Shown in pieces: positions 20,588 through 26,276 of a stretch of 26,276 nucleotides of DNA (position 1 is the first letter of the stretch; the number at the start of each line of letters is the position of its first letter). The position numbers were made by a program, and so were the translations under genes. This DNA comes from a candidate division WOR-3 bacterium. Lineage in GTDB: Bacteria > Hydrothermota > Hydrothermia > Hydrothermales > Hydrothermaceae. The DNA lies in contig JBDRZD010000027.1 of assembly GCA_039803745.1 (NCBI GenBank), positions 1-26,276 on the forward strand. The letters run 5' to 3'. Below the pieces are notes generated by a model. That model did no database searches, was not told the origin of the DNA, and saw only the letters and a program-made list of their open reading frames with translations.

Positions 20588-20884
20588 ATGGAAAGGTTTT
20601 CCATAACATCAAGAAATGTAGAAATAACAGAAGAAATGAGAGCATATATTGAAAAGAGGCTCAAGAAAATGGAAAGGTTTAGTGAAAAAATAAATAAGGC
20701 AGAAGTAATTGTGGAAGAACAAAGGGGAAGATTTAGATGTGAATTTCTTGTGGATGTAAACAGGAAATTTTTGAAGGCAGAGAGTATATCAAATGATTTT
20801 TTTTATGCAATTGATGAATTAAAGGAAAAAATGGGAAGACAATTAAAAAAGTATGAAGAGAGGTTAAAAAGAAGAAAAAGATGA
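20588..20884 (+). CDS. hpf: Ribosome hibernation factor (short HPF/RaiA, S30EA family)
   Basis: ITSRNVEITEEMRAYIEKRL…DFFYAID…RQLKKY; located upstream of hprK. Confidence 0.85.
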   Translation: MERFSITSRNVEITEEMRAYIEKRLKKMERFSEKINKAEVIVEEQRGRFRCEFLVDVNRKFLKAESISNDFFYAIDELKEKMGRQLKKYEERLKRRKR

Positions 20885-21873
20885 AGGAATATAAAATAAT
20901 ACAACCGGAACTTAAGATAAAAGAAATTTATGAAGAAAACAAAGATAAATGGAAACTTGAAATTTTGTGTTCTTTTGGATGTGATAAAAAAGTATCAACT
21001 CCAAATTTAAATAGACCTGGTCTTCTTTTTGCAGGATTTGAAAAAATATTTCTATATGAAAGAATTCAGATAATAGGAGAAACAGAACATCTTTATCTTT
21101 CCTCATTTTCTGAAAAAGAAAGAAAAGAGGCAATTGATAGATTTGTAAAATATGATTTTCCTGCTGTATTTATTACAAAAAATTTGAAACCAGATCCCTA
21201 TCTTATTCAAAAATTATGTGAAAGGAAAATACCCCTTATAAGAACACCGATGGATACAACACCTTTTATGAATGCCCTTTATTTTTATCTCTCCTTAAAA
21301 CTTGCACCCTATACAATAATTCATGGAACACTTGTTGATGTTTATGGAGTTGGGATTCTCTTTACAGGAAGAAGTGGAATAGGTAAGTCTGAATGTGCAA
21401 TTGACCTTGTTGCAAGGGGTCATAGACTTGTTGCAGATGACGGAATTAAAATAATAAGACATCCTGATGGTTTTCTCCTTGGTAAATGTGCACAGGAAGA
21501 AATCTATTTTAATCCCTATGTTGAAATAAGAGGGATTGGAATTATAGATGTTTTATCAATTTATGGAATAAGGGCAATAAGGGATGCAAAAAGGATTGAT
21601 TTAGAGATAAAATTAATTGATTGGAGTGAAAATCTTGATTATGAAAGGACAGGTTTAAAAGAGAATATAGAGGAAATAATGGATATTCCACTTCCTTATA
21701 TTGTTTTGCCTTTAAATCCCGGCAAAAATATTGCGGTTTTAGTTGAGATTGTTGCCCTTGATTATTTATTAAAAAAAGAGGGTTATCATTCTGCAAAATC
21801 ATTATCGGAAATTTTAAAGAAAAAAATAATGGAAAAAAGAAAGGAGATAGATTTTTATAAAGAAATAGAGTGA
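20881..21873 (+). CDS. hprK: HPr(Ser) kinase/phosphorylase
   Basis: NRPGL, RIQIIG, HGTLVDVYGVGILFTGRSGIGKSE, RGHRLVADD, EIRGIGII, PGKN. Confidence 0.96.
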   Translation: MKEYKIIQPELKIKEIYEENKDKWKLEILCSFGCDKKVSTPNLNRPGLLFAGFEKIFLYERIQIIGETEHLYLSSFSEKERKEAIDRFVKYDFPAVFITKNLKPDPYLIQKLCERKIPLIRTPMDTTPFMNALYFYLSLKLAPYTIIHGTLVDVYGVGILFTGRSGIGKSECAIDLVARGHRLVADDGIKIIRHPDGFLLGKCAQEEIYFNPYVEIRGIGIIDVLSIYGIRAIRDAKRIDLEIKLIDWSENLDYERTGLKENIEEIMDIPLPYIVLPLNPGKNIAVLVEIVALDYLLKKEGYHSAKSLSEILKKKIMEKRKEIDFYKEIE

Positions 21874-21983
21874 AAAAACTTATTATAATAACAGGAATAT
21901 CAGGCTATTCAGCTGCTATTTCTCTGTCAAGCACTTACGGGGAATAGAGTGAAAAAACTTGTTATAATAACAGGTATATCCGG
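21864..21983 (+). repeat. 41-bp imperfect direct repeat (21864-21904 / 21943-21983, 38/41 identical) duplicating the hprK-stop/rapZ-start junction
   Basis: aatagagtgaaaaaactt(a/g)ttataataacagg(a/t)atatc(a/c)gg, separated by 38 unique bp. Confidence 0.95.
21870..21947 (+). CDS. Putative 25-aa mini-ORF MKKLIIITGISGYSAAISLSSTYGE (copy of the RapZ N-terminus plus a unique tail)
   Basis: GTG overlaps the hprK TGA (GTGA); TAG ends 1 nt before the rapZ GTG. Confidence 0.45.
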   Translation: MKKLIIITGISGYSAAISLSSTYGE

Positions 21984-22800
21984 AGCAGGAAAATCCAGTG
22001 TTTTAAGGTTCTTTGAGGATACAGGTTATTATACAATAGACAATCTCCCCTGTAATTTAATACCAGAGGTTTTAGATACAATTGAAAAGAAAGGAAAGGA
22101 AGAAAGGAAAATCGCAATGACAATAGATATAAGAGAAGAGGAATTTTTTGATTATTTTGAGAAGAGTCTTGAAATTTTAAGAAATAAAAATAAAAAATAT
22201 ACGCTTATTTTTTTAGAGGCTAAAAAGGAAATAATAATGAGGAGATATGAAGAGACAAGAAGAGTCCATCCCCTTCAAAAAGGTGGATTAACACTAAATG
22301 AAGCCCTTGATAAAGAAATAGAGATGCTTAAAAGTATTAAAGAAAAATCAGATGTTATAATAGATACTTCCGAATTAAATATATGGGATTTAAGAAAGAA
22401 ATTAAAGGAAATATTTGAAGAGAAGATAAAAATGCATATAGAAATTATAACCTTTGGATTTAAATATGGCTTACCCAGTCAAATTGACCTTTTATTTGAT
22501 GTAAGATTTTTGCCAAATCCCCATTATATAGAAGAATTAAAAAAATTAAATGGGAAAGAAAAGAAGGTAAAAGAATTTGTAATGAGTAAAAAAGAAACTA
22601 TAGAGTTTATAAATAAGTTGAAAGAAATTTTTGATTTTCTTATGCCCCTTTATGAAAAAGAAGGAAAAATTTATCTTGTGATAGGATTTGGATGCACAGG
22701 TGGGACTCATAGATCCGTTGTAATAGGAGAGGAGATCAAAAAATTTTTTGAAGAAAAAGGATACGGTGTAAGCATAAATCATAGGGATATAAATAGATGA
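21949..22800 (+). CDS. rapZ: RNase adapter RapZ / YvcJ P-loop protein
   Basis: ITGISGAGKS, IDNLP, IDIR, RRYEETRRVHPL, TFGFKYGLP, DVRFLPNPHY, GCTGGTHRSV, HRDI. Confidence 0.95.
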   Translation: MKKLVIITGISGAGKSSVLRFFEDTGYYTIDNLPCNLIPEVLDTIEKKGKEERKIAMTIDIREEEFFDYFEKSLEILRNKNKKYTLIFLEAKKEIIMRRYEETRRVHPLQKGGLTLNEALDKEIEMLKSIKEKSDVIIDTSELNIWDLRKKLKEIFEEKIKMHIEIITFGFKYGLPSQIDLLFDVRFLPNPHYIEELKKLNGKEKKVKEFVMSKKETIEFINKLKEIFDFLMPLYEKEGKIYLVIGFGCTGGTHRSVVIGEEIKKFFEEKGYGVSINHRDINR

Positions 22801-24413
22801 TTTTATTTTTTTTAATTTCTTTGGTTTTTTTTAGGGATGATGTTTTTTATTTTAAAGAGGGTAAATATGAAAAAATAATTGAAGAATTCAAAAATTCAAT
22901 ACTCTATTATGATGCAATAATAAAATATGCTGAATTTCTTTTTGAAAATAAAGATTATGGAAAAGTGCTTAGATTAATTGAAAGTTATGAAGATGATTTA
23001 CCATCTCATCTTTTTAAAAGGGCTTTAAAATTGAAAAAGGATATATACAAAGAGATTAACAAGGAAAAATATAAGAAAATTTTAAGAAAGTTGATTGTTA
23101 ATTATCCTTACCTTTTAGATGAAAAAGAAATAAATCTGATAAGCAATATGGATTTTTATAAGGGGAAATATTATTTTTTGAAAGAAAAATTTGAAAATTG
23201 TATCCCATATTTTGAAAAATCAGAAAACAATTTAAAACATTACTATATCGGTTATTCCTATTTTAAACTCAAAGATTATGAAAAGGCAATTTCAGAATTT
23301 GAAAAGGTTTTGCCTTCTGAAAGATTTTATTATGAAAAGGCAAAAATATTAAAGGGGCTCTGCTATAAATATCTCGGTAAATTTTCTGAAAGTTTTAATG
23401 AATTTTTTAATGTATCCTATGAATATGAAGATCTGAGGGAAATAGCAATGAAAGAGGCGAGAATTTTGATGCTCCAGTCTGCTTTTGTTCCTTCTGATTT
23501 AGAATCTAAAATTAACGAGAGCGAAAAAATATTAATTGATTATAGTTTAAATGGCTCTATATTTCTTAATAATTATGAAAAATTTAAAAATGAAAAGAAC
23601 ATATTCTTATTATATCTTCTCGGTAAATTCACAGAGGATAAGATTTTCTTTGAAAAAATATATAAAATAGAACCACTATCCCTTTTTAGCATTAGAGAAA
23701 TAGGACTCTGGTATGAAGAGGACGAATTTAATGATGAGATATTTGATGAAGATCTTTTTATTTTAAGTTATTTAAATCTTGACGAATCTTTTAGATATTA
23801 TTTAGAAAAAAAAGATGATCCCTATATTCTTATTAAAACTTCAGAAAAGATTTTTGAAATAAATAGATATTATCATTCACTTCAAATAGCAAGAAAGGTT
23901 TATCACATATTAAGAGAAGAGAAAAATCTTGTTTTTTTCCCAAAAAAACTTTTAATCTTGCTTTTTCCACTACCATATAAAGAATTTATTTTTGAAAAGG
24001 CAAGAGAAAAAAATATTGATCCCTATCTTGTTTATGCAATTATAAGAAGGGAAAGCGAATTCAATGAAAAAGCAATAAGTCCAAAAGGTGCAAGGGGTTT
24101 AATGCAGATTTTACCAGAAACCTTTAAAAAAATAGATAAATATAAAGATTTTGATTCTGATTCTCTTTTTAATCCTTATATAAATATTGATGCAGGAATT
24201 GAAATATTATCTTCTCTTTTAGATTCAATTCCAGAAATTTATCTTGCAATCGCTTCATATAATGCAGGATTTTATAGAATAAAAGAGTGGAAAGAAACAG
24301 GGATAATAAAAGATGAGTTACAATTCTTTATTGACTGTCCATTTGAGGAAACAAGAAAGTATACATTCAGAGTTTTAAGTGATTATGAAACATATAAAAA
24401 AATTTATTTTTGA
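22797..24413 (+). CDS. Soluble lytic transglycosylase (SLT domain) with N-terminal TPR-like repeats
   Basis: IDPYLVYAIIRRESEF…SPKGARGLMQI, ASYNAG, ETRKY; TPR-like YYIGYSYFKLKDYEKAISEFEK. Confidence 0.88.
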   Translation: MILFFLISLVFFRDDVFYFKEGKYEKIIEEFKNSILYYDAIIKYAEFLFENKDYGKVLRLIESYEDDLPSHLFKRALKLKKDIYKEINKEKYKKILRKLIVNYPYLLDEKEINLISNMDFYKGKYYFLKEKFENCIPYFEKSENNLKHYYIGYSYFKLKDYEKAISEFEKVLPSERFYYEKAKILKGLCYKYLGKFSESFNEFFNVSYEYEDLREIAMKEARILMLQSAFVPSDLESKINESEKILIDYSLNGSIFLNNYEKFKNEKNIFLLYLLGKFTEDKIFFEKIYKIEPLSLFSIREIGLWYEEDEFNDEIFDEDLFILSYLNLDESFRYYLEKKDDPYILIKTSEKIFEINRYYHSLQIARKVYHILREEKNLVFFPKKLLILLFPLPYKEFIFEKAREKNIDPYLVYAIIRRESEFNEKAISPKGARGLMQILPETFKKIDKYKDFDSDSLFNPYINIDAGIEILSSLLDSIPEIYLAIASYNAGFYRIKEWKETGIIKDELQFFIDCPFEETRKYTFRVLSDYETYKKIYF

Positions 24414-24438
24414 ATAAATCACTTGTTTTTTATATAAT
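24410..24438 (+). promoter_or_regulatory. Putative sigma70 promoter (TTGAAT-17-TATAAT) for 24465
   Basis: TTGAAT 24410-24415, TATAAT 24433-24438, followed by an AGGAGG SD. Confidence 0.6.
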
Positions 24439-24464
24439 TTAAAAACTAAAAAAGGAGGGTTAAA

Positions 24465-25163
24465 ATGTTAAAATTACTTTTAATAAATATAATCATAGGG
24501 GAGGCAGGTTCTTCAAGTTTTGGAATGGGTGCCGGATTTACCTTTTCTTATTATTCCGTATATTCATGGTATTATTCATACTACCCTGAAGATTATTCCT
24601 TTATAAAAGCAGTTCCTAAAGGAATAAATTTAAGTTTTTCTTTTAAAACCAAAGGAATTGGTTTAAGAGTAAATCCAGATTTCATAAAAGGCGGTTATAG
24701 AAGTAAATATGAATCTATGTGGGAATATTTTCGTATTCAGAGTGATTTTAAAGAAATAGGGCTTGAGGTTTCCATTTTATACTATATATTATCAAAAAAT
24801 TTTGATTTCTATTTAGGGTTTGGGACACTCTTTTCCAGAACAGATTATTATTTAGAAGATTATTATTTTGGTAAATGGGATTCAACGGTTATCTCTGAGG
24901 AAATAAACTCCTCAGGAAATCTTTTGGGTTTCCCTCTCATAATAGGAATAGAAAAAGAAATATTCAAAAACATAAGAATTTTTTTAGAAATTTATCCTTT
25001 ATTTTATGGTCTTTTAAATTTAAAAGAAGAAAGAAATTATAATGGAACAGAAACAGAAAAAGGTAAAATGGATTTTTTAATTTCTGGTGGCTTTCTTCCA
25101 GAAAATTTTTATAGTGAAGGGAGATTAGAGAGAATAAGGATAGGACTAAAATACGAAAGGTAA
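24465..25163 (+). CDS. Putative outer-membrane beta-barrel protein
   Basis: Alternating amphipathic strands (FGMGAGFTF, FDFYLGFG, IIGIEKEIF, RIRIGLKY), aromatic-rich; strong SD. Confidence 0.65.
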   Translation: MLKLLLINIIIGEAGSSSFGMGAGFTFSYYSVYSWYYSYYPEDYSFIKAVPKGINLSFSFKTKGIGLRVNPDFIKGGYRSKYESMWEYFRIQSDFKEIGLEVSILYYILSKNFDFYLGFGTLFSRTDYYLEDYYFGKWDSTVISEEINSSGNLLGFPLIIGIEKEIFKNIRIFLEIYPLFYGLLNLKEERNYNGTETEKGKMDFLISGGFLPENFYSEGRLERIRIGLKYER

Positions 25164-25241
25164 ATTTTATAAATTTGCAAATTGTGTATAGAAGAAATTA
25201 GAGAGTGTTAAAAATATCATAACATTTTAACTGGTAAGGAT

Positions 25242-25337
25242 TTATCTTAAAACAGCAAACTTTTTAACCTTTTTCTCCTTCCCTTTTAAAATTGCAAAAT
25301 ATATTCCCTTATTTATAAGTTCTTTATTTATGACATT
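25242..25337 (-). pseudogene. Orphan 3' end of a T9SS-CTD protein gene (…NVINKELINKGIYFAILKGKEKKVKKFAVLR*)
   Basis: Minus-strand frame without a start codon, matching the GIYF…K…K-hydrophobic tails of five CTD proteins in this window; stop at 25242-25244. Confidence 0.65.
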
Positions 25338-25893
25338 TTAAATTATAACCAATTACTCCACATAATTGAGGAACAGTGCCTATTAAAGCAGCAAAAGAAA
25401 GTATCAATATATCTGATATCTCATACTTACGATAAAAAGAATAACCCATCATACCACAACAGGTAATACTACTTCCAATAAAAGTACCAATTGCCGAATG
25501 TAAAAAATTACCCCTTTTCTTTGTGAGCCTGCCAATTAACTCGCATGTACCAGAAATAACAACAGAGTTAATGCTCCCCAATATTATTACTTCACGAAGC
25601 TCTTCGCTTAAAGTATGTTTCTCATTAGAACACATATCACCTTCACCCAATGAAAGACTCACCATATAAAGCAGTGCCTCTAAAGCTGGTAAAGGTGAAG
25701 ATGCAATGAATTCAAGAGTATAAATTCCAAAATCTTTCCATCTTGATTTATTTGAAATTACTTCGTTATTTTGATAGGAATAAGCAAAATTTGAAGCGGA
25801 TTGCATTATTTCATATTCTTTCTGGAAAAACTTGAATTTAAAATTATTTTCATAGAAATTCCCTATTATTATAATAATATAAACCCATTTCAT
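25324..25893 (-). CDS. Hypothetical membrane protein (Gly/Ser-rich hydrophobic helices, ends GVIGYNLK)
   Basis: 189-aa ORF with AAGGAG SD, its own promoter and several hydrophobic segments. Confidence 0.7.
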   Translation of the reverse strand: MKWVYIIIIIGNFYENNFKFKFFQKEYEIMQSASNFAYSYQNNEVISNKSRWKDFGIYTLEFIASSPLPALEALLYMVSLSLGEGDMCSNEKHTLSEELREVIILGSINSVVISGTCELIGRLTKKRGNFLHSAIGTFIGSSITCCGMMGYSFYRKYEISDILILSFAALIGTVPQLCGVIGYNLKCHK

Positions 25894-25927
25894 TATTTTT
25901 ATCTCCTTTTAATTTTTTAATCATACA

Positions 25928-25956
25928 ATTATACAAAATATTTTGAAAGAAATCAA
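25928..25956 (-). promoter_or_regulatory. Putative sigma70 promoter (TTGATT-17-TATAAT) for 25893
   Basis: Minus-strand -35 at 25951-25956, -10 at 25928-25933, 17-bp spacer. Confidence 0.6.
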
Positions 25957-25980
25957 GTAGTGTAAAATACAATAACATTT

Positions 25981-26035
25981 TAGCTCTGGTAAAGAAAAAT
26001 TTACCATCTCCACCCCCGAGGTGGAAATGAGTTAG
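25981..26035. repeat. Compound palindromic element (two adjacent hairpins in an outer stem); partial copy at 83-109
   Basis: ggtaaa/tttacc inverted repeat, atctccacc/ggtggaaat inverted repeat, flanking tagctc/gagtta. Confidence 0.55.
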
Positions 26036-26237
26036 CATAGTTGTATCTTTTTCCTTTATTATTTTATCAATTTTTCTTGAAATTTTAACTTTAACTTTCG
26101 TATTTGTAACAACACTATTTTCTACATATCCATAGCAATTCTCACAAGTTGTCTGGTGAAAATCTTTCATATTTAAAAGGATATTTTATAAAAATTTTTG
26201 CATTATAGGTCATTAAAATAAATAAGAGAGCTATCAT
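26036..26237 (-). pseudogene. Probable frameshifted/truncated gene for a secreted protein (MIALLFILMTYNAK… then +1 frame …HQTTCENCYGYVENSVV…)
   Basis: Strong AAGGGGGTG SD and ATG at 26237 give only 31 aa (stop 26142-26144); a coding-like frame continues in +1. Confidence 0.45.
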
Positions 26238-26251
26238 ATACACCCCCTTGT

Positions 26252-26276
26252 TTAAAATTTTAAATTATAACCAATT
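26252..26276 (-). CDS. 3' end of a gene entering from the right (…IGYNLKF*), probable paralog of 25324..25893
   Basis: 20-bp exact match 26257-26276 = 25335-25354; both encode IGYNLK; followed by the SD/ATG of the next gene. Confidence 0.55.

Noticed and set aside
20588..20681. 12-bp repeat atggaaaggttt (MERFS twice) in hpf
   Set aside because: Short, in-frame and within a normal-length HPF; probably chance.
21864..21983. Repeat-spacer-repeat (41/38/41 bp) as a CRISPR array
   Set aside because: Only two imperfect repeats, they encode the RapZ N-terminus, they are not palindromic, and there are no cas genes or leader in the window.
484..22782. Many 60-117-aa antisense or alternate-frame ORFs in the track
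   Set aside because: They lie wholly within well-supported genes and have no motifs or RBS; shadow ORFs.
25164..25241. Intrinsic terminator between the convergent genes
   Set aside because: Only AT-rich inverted repeats (aatttgcaaatt; gttaaaa/ttttaac) without a GC stem; insufficient support.
25850..26170. 106-aa ORF as an intact gene
   Set aside because: No SD at its ATG; its 3' half runs through the hairpin element, the promoter and the start of the 25893 gene. It is better explained as part of a frameshifted remnant.

Overview
AT-rich bacterial genomic window with K/E-rich, thermophile-like proteins and short signal peptides. Gene content suggests an FCB-group/candidate division WOR-3-like organism, but this is inference. 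Left end: three minus-strand secreted proteins, two with many Asp-box/BNR repeats, each ending in a T9SS/Por-like C-terminal sorting domain (CTD). Divergent from them is a tightly overlapping plus-strand run: a secreted CTD-bearing agmatine/peptidyl-arginine deiminase, a lipoprotein, an M55 D-aminopeptidase, glyQ-glyS, etfB-etfA, a 908-aa repeat-containing CTD protein, an NDP-sugar epimerase, dnaB, mlaE/mlaF-like genes, hpf, hprK, rapZ, a TPR/lytic transglycosylase and a beta-barrel protein. The right end (25.2-26.3 kb) is a rearranged accessory patch with an orphan CTD tail, a duplicated membrane-protein gene end, a frameshifted gene start and a structured palindromic element. The most notable unexplained features are a 41-bp duplication of the rapZ start that creates a translationally coupled 25-codon mini-ORF, an apparently leaderless glyQ transcript, and the hidden CTD remnant. 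No rRNA, tRNA, CRISPR array or transposase was seen.
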